Assembly: GCA_050951325.1 (NCBI GenBank)
Contig: JBMNIW010000012.1
Span: 416,001-480,000 of the forward strand
DNA: 64,000 nucleotides
Source of the DNA: Clostridia bacterium
GTDB lineage: Bacteria > Bacillota > Clostridia > UBA1212 > DUPL01
Reading direction: 5' to 3'
Part shown: in pieces, positions 1-10,892 of the stretch
Layout of the letters: every line of letters begins with the position of its first letter
How positions within the stretch are numbered: the first letter of the stretch is position 1
The notes under the pieces: model-generated
The model's input: only the letters and a program-made list of their open reading frames with translations
What the model was told of the DNA's origin: nothing
Databases searched by the model: none
Program-made: the position numbers and the translations under genes

Positions 1-1459
1 CATTGATATAATATGCGCTGGAGTTCAAATTAATATCTGAAACCGCATGATAAGTTTTTTCATCCAAGTCGTACCTGTACATAGGTATTTGGCGGTTTGT
101 AGCTGCATGCTGCTTGAAGGTATTGAAGTAGATATTCCCGCCCAGTATGTGTAGGTCATAAGCCTCATCGAAGTACAGCACGTTGACTTCAGTTTCCTCT
201 CCCGTTTCATCCAGATAATAGATTCCAAGGCCTGCTCCGCCTGAGAAGAAAATAGTGTCATCATGAACGAATATGTCGTAGAAGAACATGTCCTCCTTTG
301 TGTTATGGTACACAAGTTCCACATCCTGGCCGTCCTTCTTCATCCTGCTGATGCCATCCGGAGAGGTATAGTAGATATAATCGTTGTAAAGAAAGATTGA
401 CGAACCTGCTTCTGTAGATATCTGTTGTCTGTCGGAACCATCCTTGTTAATTCTGTAAATACGTCCGTCGTTTCTGTTTCTGTAGAACAGATACTCTCCG
501 TCTGTTACAAGCTCTTTGACAAAATCATCAGACAGTTTCACCAGCTTCTTTGTTTTCAAATCGAAAGAATAAAGTTTTGATTTGTCCTTGTAATTCTGGA
601 AGTAAACAACTCCATCTACCTCCACTAGTGCTATCTCATAACCTAGATTGTATCTGTCCCTGTCATAATTCTTTTTGTAGTTTTCAACTATCGCATATAT
701 GACAAGGGAAACCAAAACCACACAGACAAGAACCATGGCTGCAATACCTCCCAAGCGGGCTCTTTTTGCGCTCTTGCCTGATTTGGCAAGCCTTCTGATA
801 TATTCCAGCTCCGCATCCTTGTCGGTAAAGGTAATTTCATCCTCCGACAGATTTAATACTTCGTGACTTACAAAAGAGACCCTTGTCTGTTTGTCTGAAA
901 GAATCTGGTCATAAACATCAGGTGCGGAGGATGTAATATCCCTCCTGATATATTCAAGGATATCACTTGCACTTCTTTTTACATTATCCTTTTTGCGAAG
1001 TTCTTTTAATCCACGCTTGTACTCATTTCTGGCAGATGCATGATAATACCACAGAAGATTTGCAATCTCCTTCATGGATAAACCAGACATGGCTTTAAGG
1101 ACAATAATGGAGCCTCTATCGTTTTTCAAAGATGACACGGTGTCTCTTACAGCTTTTGACACATTGTCGAGCTTTCCTTCCTTCAAGGCCGCATGTATGT
1201 CCTTGTCGTGAAGTGCGTTAATAGAAAGGTTTTTGGTAATATCCAAAAGCCAATATTCAGCGTTAATATCAGTATCATATGTGTTGGCAAACTGTTTTAC
1301 TCGTCTGTAGGTTTCGATAGTAATGTCCCTTGCCAGCACTCTGTCTCGTACAAGAGAAAGGGCAAGACCATAGACAGTGTGATGAGTCTTGTCGTAGAGT
1401 TCTTTTAGATCTTTCTCCTCGTTTTTTGATATGCCAACTATAAGGTATGCAAAATCCAA
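1..1459 (-). CDS. ECF sigma-like domain fused to a TM helix and an extracellular DUF5050-like beta-propeller; 3' end outside the window
   Basis: Not in the ORF track because there is no stop in the window. Manual translation from TTG at 1459 (SD GGGAG) stays open to base 1: sigma2-like LKELYDKTHHTVYGLALSLVRDRVLARDI...WLLDITKN, sigma4-like GLSMKEIANLL, TM GGIAAMVLVCVVLVSLVIYAIV, then repeats such as DGEYLFYRN..DGRIYRINKDGSD. Confidence 0.75.
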   Translation of the reverse strand, partial: MDFAYLIVGISKNEEKDLKELYDKTHHTVYGLALSLVRDRVLARDITIETYRRVKQFANTYDTDINAEYWLLDITKNLSINALHDKDIHAALKEGKLDNVSKAVRDTVSSLKNDRGSIIVLKAMSGLSMKEIANLLWYYHASARNEYKRGLKELRKKDNVKRSASDILEYIRRDITSSAPDVYDQILSDKQTRVSFVSHEVLNLSEDEITFTDKDAELEYIRRLAKSGKSAKRARLGGIAAMVLVCVVLVSLVIYAIVENYKKNYDRDRYNLGYEIALVEVDGVVYFQNYKDKSKLYSFDLKTKKLVKLSDDFVKELVTDGEYLFYRNRNDGRIYRINKDGSDRQQISTEAGSSIFLYNDYIYYTSPDGISRMKKDGQDVELVYHNTKEDMFFYDIFVHDDTIFFSGGAGLGIYYLDETGEETEVNVLYFDEAYDLHILGGNIYFNTFKQHAATNRQIPMYRYDLDEKTYHAVSDINLNSSAYYIN

Positions 1460-1565
1460 TCCATTCACTCCCAAAAAATTATAACAATATATTATACCCC
1501 AAAAACAGACGTATGACAAAATCTACTTGCTTAATTATACCATCCGGAGACTTTCTTAGGCAAGA

Positions 1566-3158
1566 CTAGAGCATGGGTGCAAAGACATGCAAAATGGACT
1601 GGATGAATCTATAGTACAAAGGTCTTTTTTTCCACTCTTCATACGTTATTTCCCTGCACATGTCCAGAGTTTCCAGGAAATCTTTCTTTATATCAAACAC
1701 GGAATCGGTACCACACAGCCATACACCGTTTTCAAAATGCAGATAAAACGACCTGAAATCCATGTTAATTGTGCCAACTATTGCCGTCTCGTCATCACAC
1801 ACCACATTTTTCGAATGTATAAATCCTGGCACATACTCATAAATTTTCACACCGGTTTCAAGAAGCACACCGTAGAAGGTTCGCGTTACCGCAAAAACAT
1901 ACTTCTTGTCAGGAATACCTGGAGTTATTATCCTTACATCAATACCGCTCTGGGCAGCCAGCCTAAGACTGGTTACCATTTCATTGTCCAGAATGAGATA
2001 CGGCGTTGTAATGTAAATATATCTTCTTGCAGTGTTTATCATCTGCATGTATGAAAATTCTGCCGGATTGTTTGGGTTGTTAAGTGGCCCGTCAGAAAAA
2101 GGCTGTACATAGCCTTTATGAATTATACCTGAATTATGTATATACGTAGGCTTAAATTTTGTATAATCACAATCCGCTGGATATGATTTTGCTGCAGCAT
2201 AGCTCCATATCTGCAGAAACATGACCGTAAGACTCCAGACACCTTCGCCTTTTAACATAATTCCTGAGTCTTTCCAGTGGCCATATGCTTCAACCCTGTT
2301 AATATACTCATCCGCAATATTTATCCCACCGGTAAAAGCGGTGTTTCCATCAATTACACAAATCTTCTGATGGTTCCTGTAATTCATGTAAAAGTTGTTT
2401 ATTAAAGGCTTTATCGGATTAAAAACAACAGCCTTTATGCCATGCTTGCGAAGTTCAAGGTAATACTTTTTTGGTAGCGTGGATATGCAGCCAAAGTCGT
2501 CGTAAACAAGTCTTACCTCCACACCCTTGGACACCTTCTCTTTGAGAACCTCAAGAAGAGTGTCCCACATGTGTCCTTTTGAGATTATAAAAAACTCAAG
2601 AAAAATGAATTTTTCTGCCTTCTTGACTTCTTCCAGCATTGCTTCATAAAACTTGTCCCCCTCAGAGAAATATACGGTTTCCGTATTGTTGTATACAGGA
2701 AATCCGGATTCAAGCAAGAACTTTGTGACCCTGCTTTGGGAAGGATACTCCTTCAGGATGGATTCCTCGACGTCCTTGAATCTTTTGTACAAAGGTACCG
2801 TCATTGTACTAAGTTGCGCAATTCTTCTTTTTGTATTATTGGGGTTTCTTCCTCTTCCCCACATGATATAGAAAAGAAGTCCCAAAAAAGGGATGGATAG
2901 TATCAATACAATCCAGGCAATCTTGTATGACGGATTGGACTGGTTTGATACAATTCTCATAGCGGTAACGGCACTTATTCCTTGAAATACGATATATGCG
3001 GACAAGGCAAAAACATTTAATGAATAAAGGGCATATATAAGGAAGACAATCTGCACAAGAAACACTGTTAAAGCAGCAATTATTCTTACCAGACTTGCTT
3101 TTTTTCTCTTTGGAAGGTCCATTGTGTGCAATTTGTCCAACTCAGTCTTTTTATGCAT
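1566..3158 (-). CDS. cls: Cardiolipin synthase
   Basis: N-terminal TM helices (KIAWIVLIL) and two PLD HKD motifs (NHQKICVIDG, HSKNVVCDD). Confidence 0.92.
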   Translation of the reverse strand: MHKKTELDKLHTMDLPKRKKASLVRIIAALTVFLVQIVFLIYALYSLNVFALSAYIVFQGISAVTAMRIVSNQSNPSYKIAWIVLILSIPFLGLLFYIMWGRGRNPNNTKRRIAQLSTMTVPLYKRFKDVEESILKEYPSQSRVTKFLLESGFPVYNNTETVYFSEGDKFYEAMLEEVKKAEKFIFLEFFIISKGHMWDTLLEVLKEKVSKGVEVRLVYDDFGCISTLPKKYYLELRKHGIKAVVFNPIKPLINNFYMNYRNHQKICVIDGNTAFTGGINIADEYINRVEAYGHWKDSGIMLKGEGVWSLTVMFLQIWSYAAAKSYPADCDYTKFKPTYIHNSGIIHKGYVQPFSDGPLNNPNNPAEFSYMQMINTARRYIYITTPYLILDNEMVTSLRLAAQSGIDVRIITPGIPDKKYVFAVTRTFYGVLLETGVKIYEYVPGFIHSKNVVCDDETAIVGTINMDFRSFYLHFENGVWLCGTDSVFDIKKDFLETLDMCREITYEEWKKRPLYYRFIQSILHVFAPML

Positions 3159-4227
3159 TTCTTTTCCTCATTTCCTTTCTTTCAATCAATGGTTTTGCCG
3201 CATATCTGTTAAAAATCATTGTATTGAAAAGGTAAAGTAAAACTACTAACTTATGTTTGAATAAAAATATTTCTATCCTGTCCAATTTGGAGTAATATGA
3301 TTTGTCGACTTTTCTTAAAGCATCATTAAAGAAATCGTCTTGAACCATTTCCCTCAAAAGAACAAGCTTTTCTTTTCTTGATATTCCAAGCATAAACGAG
3401 CCCTTCATAAGCCTGAAGGCGTTTTTTACAAACCAGTTGTAAAAGGTTGTTTTGGATTGCTCATCGTCTATACCCCATATGCCCAGATGCCTGAAAACTT
3501 CTTTTCTAACCGCAGTGCTGCTTTTGAAAATTGTTGGATCAAACTTTTTGGTCATACTTTCACGGTTTGTGGTTCTGTAGTTGTAAAGAGGCACATCAAG
3601 ATATAGAATACTTTCAGCTCTTGTGAATATCTGAAGGGAAATGTATAAATCTTCTTCTCTTCTTATCCATAGGAAGTTTGGATCCCTTTTTATGCTTTTT
3701 AAAATGTCTGCCCTTATTGCCTTTATCCAAACGGAATTGAGCTCGTTTACTGTTATGAGTTTTTTGTAGAATTCGTGCATGTTATCCTTGTCAAAGAAGG
3801 TGTTGTGCTCAAACACGCCTTCTATTGTAAATTTTCCTTTTTCATCGACATTGTACCATTTGTACATGCACAAATCGCAGTTTGTTCTCTTTATGGCTTC
3901 ATACACTGTTTCGAGCAATATGGGCTCAAAGTAGTCGTCTGAGTCCAAAAAAACACAATATTCTCCTGTTGCAAGTGAAATTGCCTTGTCTTTTGCAGCA
4001 ATGGGGCCTTGGTTTTCCTGATGGTGGACCTTGACACGCGCATCCTTTTTTGCGTAATCATCCATTATCTGTACACAGTTGTCTGTGGAGCCGTCATCTA
4101 CAAGTATCAGCTCAAAGTTGGCATAGGTCTGGTTCAATACCGATTCTATGCACTGTGTTATATATTTTTCTTCGTTGTAAACGGGAGTAATTATACTAAA
4201 AAGCACGATAAAATCCACCTCTCTCAA
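3151..4227 (-). CDS. Glycosyltransferase family 2
   Basis: SIITPVYN, VDDGSTD and FLDSDD motifs; overlaps the cls start. Confidence 0.9.
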   Translation of the reverse strand: MREVDFIVLFSIITPVYNEEKYITQCIESVLNQTYANFELILVDDGSTDNCVQIMDDYAKKDARVKVHHQENQGPIAAKDKAISLATGEYCVFLDSDDYFEPILLETVYEAIKRTNCDLCMYKWYNVDEKGKFTIEGVFEHNTFFDKDNMHEFYKKLITVNELNSVWIKAIRADILKSIKRDPNFLWIRREEDLYISLQIFTRAESILYLDVPLYNYRTTNRESMTKKFDPTIFKSSTAVRKEVFRHLGIWGIDDEQSKTTFYNWFVKNAFRLMKGSFMLGISRKEKLVLLREMVQDDFFNDALRKVDKSYYSKLDRIEIFLFKHKLVVLLYLFNTMIFNRYAAKPLIERKEMRKRNA

Positions 4228-4319
4228 TGAACACTGTTATTATATGCAATACAAGTAAATAATTCAAGCTTGACTAATTACGTGTAACTGGGTACGATTA
4301 ATGGTAGAAATGTCAAGGA

Positions 4320-5483
4320 GTGATTGTTTTGACCATATGCATCTTGATGGGACCTTATCCAACTGATGAAAATCCAATTAATGCGTTTACTGACATGTTG
4401 GTTACCGAAATGGCAAACCAGGGTGTTAATTGCGTGGTTATTGCGCCACAGAGCAGGACGGAACATTTTTTTTGGAAGACCAAGCCTGCTCCACTGGTAA
4501 GGGAGAAAACAGCACCCAATGGCAACAAGATAACGATATATTCACCAGTTTACAACTCCTGGTCGGCAAAGAGCATATTGGGGTTCAATACAGCAAGACT
4601 AACGCAAAGAAGTTATGAAAGAGTTGTATTGAAAGAGTATGTTAAAAGAAATATTAAGGCGGATGTGTTGTATGGACAGTTCTTTTCTCTGGGCGGTCTT
4701 GCTGCGGCAAAGCTGGGGGACATGTTCGGTATACCTGCTTTTGTGGACAACGGTGAAAGTACATTAAGCAGCCTTGACATATTGAATAGGAAGATGGTTG
4801 TCGAGAGAATCAAAAAGCTTTCAGGCATAATATCAGTATCTAGTGAGAACAAAAGGGTTCTTTTGGAGAGCGGTTATGTAAGCCCCGAGTTTGAAGATAG
4901 AATGATTGTTGCTGTTAATTGTATTAATGAAAGCATGTTTTACAAAACCGACAAACAAAAGATGAGAAAAGAGCTTGGTTTTCCAGAGGATGCATTTATC
5001 GTAAGCTTTATTGGCCATTTTATTGAAAGAAAGGGCACTGCAGTTTTGACGGAAGTTTTAAAGGATATGGATGATGTATACTCGATATTCATCGGGAGAG
5101 GTCCCATGGTTCCGGATATTAAGAACATGCTCCACTGTGGTACCGTACCCCATGAAAAGGTATACATGTATTTGAATGCATCTGACGTGTTTGTACTTCC
5201 CACACTGGCGGAAGGGTTGTGCAATGCAATCCTTGAAGCGCTGGCATGTGGTGTGCCAGTTATATCTTCCGATTTGCCCTTCAACTACGATGTACTTGAT
5301 GACAGCTGTTCGATTTTGGTGAATCCGAAGAACAAAGATGAGATATATAGTGCCATTCTTCGTCTTAAGGAGGATGAGGAGCTTAAAAAAAGGCTTTCCG
5401 AAGGAGCCCTTGAAAAAGCCTCAAAGTTTTCATTGAAAAACAGAATTGCCAAGATTTTGGAATTTATAAACAATAACATCTAG
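4320..5483 (+). CDS. Glycosyltransferase family 4 (GT-B)
   Basis: ERKG and DVFVLPTLAEGLCNAILEALACGVPVI (E-X7-E) motifs. Confidence 0.9.
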   Translation: MIVLTICILMGPYPTDENPINAFTDMLVTEMANQGVNCVVIAPQSRTEHFFWKTKPAPLVREKTAPNGNKITIYSPVYNSWSAKSILGFNTARLTQRSYERVVLKEYVKRNIKADVLYGQFFSLGGLAAAKLGDMFGIPAFVDNGESTLSSLDILNRKMVVERIKKLSGIISVSSENKRVLLESGYVSPEFEDRMIVAVNCINESMFYKTDKQKMRKELGFPEDAFIVSFIGHFIERKGTAVLTEVLKDMDDVYSIFIGRGPMVPDIKNMLHCGTVPHEKVYMYLNASDVFVLPTLAEGLCNAILEALACGVPVISSDLPFNYDVLDDSCSILVNPKNKDEIYSAILRLKEDEELKKRLSEGALEKASKFSLKNRIAKILEFINNNI

Positions 5484-5699
5484 TCGATTCTGTTTATTTG
5501 AAACATTGCCATAACTGTTACGCCTATTATGCCGCCAACTATTAATCCCAACAAAAACATCATTGTAAACAACCTCCAAAATTTAGTATTATTATTCTGT
5601 ACGCAATTTTTAAAATTATGCATTTCAGGTAGAATAAATTTACAATTTTCTTGCAAAAACTATTCCAAAGTGTTATTGTATCTTTTGAGGTGGTATTAA

Positions 5700-6437
5700 A
5701 TGCAAGCTATAATTCTTGCTGCGGGCTTCGGGCAGAGATTGGCCCCTGTAACGGAAGATCTGCCAAAAGCGCTTGTTGAAGTCAACGGGCATCCTTTGCT
5801 TGTGAATGCGCTTAATCTTTTGTCGGAATTCGACATAGACGAGGTAATAATTGTAGTAGGACATCTTCGTGAAAAAATTATCCAGAGAATAGGAACTGTC
5901 TACAAGGGTATGAGGATAACTTACGTGGATAACCCCCGCTACAGGGAAACCAACAATGTGTACTCCTTCTATCTAACCAAGGATTATATTAGAGATGACG
6001 TAATCATGCTTGAGTGTGATTTGTTTTTTGACAAGCCGTTGCTAGAAAAGGTTGTCAGAGGTGAAGGAGACTGCAGCATACTGGTAAGCCCATATAACAG
6101 GGCAACCATGGATGGAACAGTTATTCGCACAGATGGCGACAAGGCAAAGGCTCTTATTATCAAAAAGCACCAAATTAAAGACTTTGATTATTCAGGCTAC
6201 ATGAAAACAGTAAATGTGTACAAGTTTAAGAAGGACTTCATGCTTAATCATTTCTTGCCGGCTGTCAGTACCTATGTGCAATATGAGTCAGTAAACAGCT
6301 ATTACGAACTTGTTCTCGGTTCTTTGATCTATTATGGAAACAGTGATATCAGGGTTGTTATGATTGAGGAAGATGCGTGGGCGGAAATTGATAATGCTGA
6401 AGACCTTGCAAGAGCAGAAAAAAAGTTTAAAAGGTGA
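5700..6437 (+). CDS. LicC-like (phosphocholine cytidylyltransferase family) nucleotidyltransferase
   Basis: AIILAAGFGQRL..PKAL, Y.ETNNVYS and C-terminal WAEIDNAEDL motifs. Confidence 0.8.
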   Translation: MQAIILAAGFGQRLAPVTEDLPKALVEVNGHPLLVNALNLLSEFDIDEVIIVVGHLREKIIQRIGTVYKGMRITYVDNPRYRETNNVYSFYLTKDYIRDDVIMLECDLFFDKPLLEKVVRGEGDCSILVSPYNRATMDGTVIRTDGDKAKALIIKKHQIKDFDYSGYMKTVNVYKFKKDFMLNHFLPAVSTYVQYESVNSYYELVLGSLIYYGNSDIRVVMIEEDAWAEIDNAEDLARAEKKFKR

Positions 6438-7153
6438 GTAGATTGTACAAGGATGTAATTGGTATTGTGGGAGGAATGGGTTCCTTTGCGACCTGTGATC
6501 TGTTTAGACGACTTATTGAGGCTTTCCCTGCTGAGAAGGAGTGGGACAGACCAAGAATAGTTATTGACAACAACTGCACAATGCCAAGCCGGGTTAGAGC
6601 AATAATTTATAAAGAAGAAAGACCAAAGCTTGTAGAACTTTTGACAGAGTCAGTTATCAATCTTAGAAACATGGGATGCACCAAGATAATACTGGCCTGC
6701 AACACATCCCATGTGTTTCTTGAGGAGATATACGAACTGTATGAGAAAAAGACAGGTAATCAGAACTGTAATATTATGAACATGATTGAGATAATTGCAG
6801 AAAGTCTTCATGCCCAAGGTATAAAAAAGGTTGCTTTGATGGCAACGGAAGGAACAATGGACTCGAAGATATATGACGAGTATTTGTCAAAGTACGGAAT
6901 TGAGGTCATACCTCCTAAAAAGGAAGATTATGTAGAGTTTCGTTATCTTATTGAATGTGTCAAGCAGAACAAGGTAGACGAGGAGGCGGTAAATCGTTTT
7001 ATCAATAGTGCTGAAAATCTTGGTTGCAGAGATGTAATACTTGGCTGCACAGAATTTCCTGTATTTTTAAGATATATGAGCAGGATGCCGAATGTGAATC
7101 TGCATGACCCTCTTGAATATTTAATAACCAAATTAAAGAAAGAACTGATGTAG
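6434..7153 (+). CDS. Aspartate/glutamate racemase
   Basis: GIVGGMG and two catalytic Cys motifs LACNTSH and LGCTEF. Confidence 0.88.
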   Translation: MSRLYKDVIGIVGGMGSFATCDLFRRLIEAFPAEKEWDRPRIVIDNNCTMPSRVRAIIYKEERPKLVELLTESVINLRNMGCTKIILACNTSHVFLEEIYELYEKKTGNQNCNIMNMIEIIAESLHAQGIKKVALMATEGTMDSKIYDEYLSKYGIEVIPPKKEDYVEFRYLIECVKQNKVDEEAVNRFINSAENLGCRDVILGCTEFPVFLRYMSRMPNVNLHDPLEYLITKLKKELM

Positions 7154-7157
7154 AGAG

Positions 7158-8336
7158 ATGAAGATTTACGACAAGCTTTTAAATCACTATCAGGTTTTTT
7201 TCAATAAGAGAATAAAGTATCTTAGAAGGAAAAGAAACATACTTTTATATTGTGCCTCCGATACCATGGTTTGGCACATTCTCAATTATTATGACCAGGT
7301 AAAGGAGAACCCTGTATACAATTTCTACTTATACTACGGCGATGCTAAAACAGATAACGAAACAAGAACAAGAAGAACATACGAGATAACAAAGGGAACA
7401 CGCATAGAACCAATAACAAACAAGAAAAGACTTGTACTCGTTCCGCTGGATTTGATTGTGACAGCGGATCTTGATTATGAACCCTTAAGGTACACAAAAG
7501 ATATCGTCCCTATTTTATATGTAAATCATGGCTTTCACATAGTAAGCATAGACAATGATAGAAATTTATATGCTTATGGGGAAAGAGCATTGGATGATAA
7601 GGGAAGATGCAAGTTTTCCTGTATACTCGAGGCAAATATGCGCATAGCCAATGTTATGAACAAAAGAGAGCCTTTTAAGGGACTTGTAATGCATGTGGGA
7701 GCAAAAGACGGAGACATTATCGAACGAGAAGTTGATAATTACAGTATGTACAGAAAAAAACTTGGCATAGAGGAAGAAGAGACTTTGGTTTGTGTTTTTG
7801 GGACCTGGAGAAAGGAAAGTCTCTTTCAGTATCTTGGCAAGGAGTTTCTCGAAGCGATGGGCAGTATGACAGACAAGGGTTACAAGTTTGTTCTATCAAT
7901 CCACCCCAGGGAGTATGTCAAATACGACGAGGATGTCGAACCTATGGGCCATGTGCTGGAGGAGTATGCCCAAAAATATGGATTTATTGTTAGGCATCCA
8001 AAGGACAGCTATATTCCCTATCTTATTGCATCAGATATAGTTATATCCGACTACACATCCCTTTATGAAAATGCAATTCTTGCAGGAAAGAAGCTTTGTC
8101 TCAGCTATTTTCCGGAAACTTCAGTGGGGGATTTATCCATTGCCAATTTCTTGAGAAATGAAATCAAGGTTTTGAGAAGGGAAGATATAAAAGAGCTTGG
8201 ATGGCACTTGAATGAAATAAAGGTTGCGGATTTTTCTGATATTCTAGAAAAGTACAGAAAAGAGATTTATCCGGGCATAGGAGTTTACAAAAACCGTGTC
8301 AAAGAAATAACCAGGAAGCTGGTGGGATTGAAATGA
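7158..8336 (+). CDS. CDP-glycerol glycerophosphotransferase (TagB/TagF)-like protein
   Basis: NHG, TWR, HPR and ASDIVISDYTSL..E motifs. Confidence 0.65.
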   Translation: MKIYDKLLNHYQVFFNKRIKYLRRKRNILLYCASDTMVWHILNYYDQVKENPVYNFYLYYGDAKTDNETRTRRTYEITKGTRIEPITNKKRLVLVPLDLIVTADLDYEPLRYTKDIVPILYVNHGFHIVSIDNDRNLYAYGERALDDKGRCKFSCILEANMRIANVMNKREPFKGLVMHVGAKDGDIIEREVDNYSMYRKKLGIEEEETLVCVFGTWRKESLFQYLGKEFLEAMGSMTDKGYKFVLSIHPREYVKYDEDVEPMGHVLEEYAQKYGFIVRHPKDSYIPYLIASDIVISDYTSLYENAILAGKKLCLSYFPETSVGDLSIANFLRNEIKVLRREDIKELGWHLNEIKVADFSDILEKYRKEIYPGIGVYKNRVKEITRKLVGLK

Positions 8337-9307
8337 AAAGGGAATTGGTAAGTGTTATTGTTCCGGTATACAATACTGAAAAATATCTGAAAAAATGTAT
8401 AGATTCAATTCTCAACCAGACGTACAAGGAAATTGAACTGATTCTTGTAGATGATGGCTCCACTGACAATAGCCTTGAAATATTGCGTGAATACGAAAGG
8501 CAGGACACCAGGGTTTTTGTGATACCACAGGAGAACAAGGGGGTCTCCGGAGCGAGAAACAGAGGACTTGAGGCGGCCAGGGGCAAGTATATAGGGTTTG
8601 TTGATTCCGATGATTACATTTCTTTATATATGATTGAATATTTGGTCGGTCTTCTTGAGGAAGGTAATGATTTTGCTTCCTGCGGTTGGATTTATGAAAC
8701 CGAGGAAGGTGAAAGAGAGCAATCTACGAGTGGAAGTATAAAAGAAATGGAAACTCGGAATGATATACTGAAATGCATGTTTGAGCAAGGGGGGTGTGCG
8801 CCAAACGTTTGTAACAAACTATTAAGAGGGGATGTTGTAAGGGAGCATGGCATTCGGTTTCCGGAGGGTATCAAGATTGGAGAGGACATGATTATGCTGT
8901 GCCAGTACGTCCTTAATTGTGAAAAAGGAGTATATGATCCAAATCCTTTGTACCACTATGTGACAAGAAAAGACTCTGCATATCACAAGCGGATTGTAAA
9001 AGGGAGCTTTGATGAAAGTTTCGTGAATGAGATTAAAGCCCATGAAATTGTTTTGGAAATGCTGCCTGACTGTGGGGCAAGAAAAAGCTTTATAAACAAA
9101 TTGTATTATGTAAATTTGAGAACCATGATGTTTCTTGCTCATGCAGGATTTCCGATTCGAGAATTGTATGATTATCTTATTCGCTTTCTAAGAAGCAATT
9201 TAACTGGTTACCTGTCATCAGACAGAGGTTTGAAGCAGAAGATACATGCGCTGTTAATGTGTACAAGTCCAAGACTATGGCATTATATTTTCAAGGATAG
9301 AGGGTAA
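8333..9307 (+). CDS. Glycosyltransferase family 2
   Basis: SVIVPVYN, DDGSTD, ARNRG and FVDSDD motifs. Confidence 0.9.
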   Translation: MKRELVSVIVPVYNTEKYLKKCIDSILNQTYKEIELILVDDGSTDNSLEILREYERQDTRVFVIPQENKGVSGARNRGLEAARGKYIGFVDSDDYISLYMIEYLVGLLEEGNDFASCGWIYETEEGEREQSTSGSIKEMETRNDILKCMFEQGGCAPNVCNKLLRGDVVREHGIRFPEGIKIGEDMIMLCQYVLNCEKGVYDPNPLYHYVTRKDSAYHKRIVKGSFDESFVNEIKAHEIVLEMLPDCGARKSFINKLYYVNLRTMMFLAHAGFPIRELYDYLIRFLRSNLTGYLSSDRGLKQKIHALLMCTSPRLWHYIFKDRG

Positions 9308-9311
9308 GTAA

Positions 9312-10892
9312 ATGGCAGCGAGAAAATCAAGAAGCCTTTATTCAACTAAAAATATCATAACGGGTATTGGTGGACAGATAATAAATATTGTGTTGGGTTT
9401 TGTTGCCCGAACCTTTTTTATTAATGCTTTGGGACAGGAATACCTGGGTGTAAGCAGTTTGTTTACCACCATTCTTACCATGCTTAACATTTCAGAGCTT
9501 GGTATTTCCACTGCCATTGTTTTCAGTCTGTACAAACCATTGGCAGAAAAGGATTATGAAAAATGTCAGATACTTTTAAAACTGCTAAAGAAAATATATG
9601 CGGTCATCGGAATTGTTGTTCTAGGTATAGGGCTTTCCATAATGCCCTTCCTACCATATATAATCAAGGGGAATACCGAAGTTGCAAATATTAAAGTAAT
9701 CTACATTATTTACCTTTTGCAGTCTGCTTTGTCGTACTGGTTTTATTCCTATAAAAACACTATTCTTCAGGCAGACCAGAGGCAGTACGTTGCAACACTG
9801 GTAGGTTATTTCATAACCTTGTCTGTGCATCTACTTCAAATTTCGGTACTGCTCTTGGTGCAGTATACAAATCTGATAAAAGCACAGACGGGTTTTGTAG
9901 TCTATCTTATTGTTAATCTTGTTTTTGTGGTTGTGAAGAATATTGTCATCTCAAAAAGAGTGGACAAACTGTACCCGCACTTGTCTGACCGAGAGCTGGC
10001 CAGACAAACACAGGAACTCAATGAGGAGGAAAAACGCAGTATTTTCAAGAATGTCATTGGGCTTGCCTGTTACAAGATAAGCAATGTTACTCTTTCTTCT
10101 GCTGACAGTATCATTATCTCCAGCTATATTAATGTGGCAGCGGTTGGTATATACTCAAACTATGTATTAATCCTTAATATAGTCATTACCCTTGTTGGTA
10201 TTGTTTTTGGCGCTTTTACCGCAGGTATTGGAAATCTGTATGTAACAGAGTCCAAAGAAAAGAGTGAGTTTATTTTCAGATGTTTAAACCTATTAAATTT
10301 TTGGGTATATGGTGCATGCGGTATTTGTTTCTTTTATCTTGTGAATCCGTTTATCAGGTTGTGGGTGGGAGAAGATTACCTGTTCCCCATAGCTGTTGTT
10401 GTTGTCATTGTGGCAAATTTTTTGACCGACGGTCTTCAAAATGCGGTCATATCATATAAGGACGCCTGCGGCTTGTTTTGGGAGGGTAAGTTCAGACCTA
10501 TTGCTTCCGCCTTGCTGAACGTTGTTGTCTCACTTATCATGGTCAGGTATCTGGGTATTGCTGGTGTAATTCTAGGTACAATTATTAGCAGATTCCTGAC
10601 AACATGGTGGTTTGATGCTTTGCTTGTCCATAAAAGAGCTTTCAATAAATCGCCAGCAGGTTACTATTTCAGATACCTTAGGTATCTGGCAATTATCGTT
10701 GCAACGGCTTTGATAGTTTATCCTGTTGCAAACATGATTGAGGTAACCAATCTGATTTTATGGATGGTAAAAGGAATAGTATGTTTTTTTATCCCTAACG
10801 TGGTTTTCCTGACAATCTTTAGAAACACCGAAGAATTTCGATATATTAAGTTGATCGGGAAGGATTTGCTCACACATATTTTTAAGCGTTAA
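9312..10892 (+). CDS. Polysaccharide flippase (Wzx/MOP superfamily)
   Basis: Many predicted TM helices, FSLYKPLA motif, last gene of the GT cluster. Confidence 0.85.
   Translation: MAARKSRSLYSTKNIITGIGGQIINIVLGFVARTFFINALGQEYLGVSSLFTTILTMLNISELGISTAIVFSLYKPLAEKDYEKCQILLKLLKKIYAVIGIVVLGIGLSIMPFLPYIIKGNTEVANIKVIYIIYLLQSALSYWFYSYKNTILQADQRQYVATLVGYFITLSVHLLQISVLLLVQYTNLIKAQTGFVVYLIVNLVFVVVKNIVISKRVDKLYPHLSDRELARQTQELNEEEKRSIFKNVIGLACYKISNVTLSSADSIIISSYINVAAVGIYSNYVLILNIVITLVGIVFGAFTAGIGNLYVTESKEKSEFIFRCLNLLNFWVYGACGICFFYLVNPFIRLWVGEDYLFPIAVVVVIVANFLTDGLQNAVISYKDACGLFWEGKFRPIASALLNVVVSLIMVRYLGIAGVILGTIISRFLTTWWFDALLVHKRAFNKSPAGYYFRYLRYLAIIVATALIVYPVANMIEVTNLILWMVKGIVCFFIPNVVFLTIFRNTEEFRYIKLIGKDLLTHIFKR

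Noticed and set aside
25-324. 99-aa ORF in the track (and 1193-1408 on +)
   Set aside because: Alternative-frame or antisense shadows of the long ECF-fusion ORF 1-1459.
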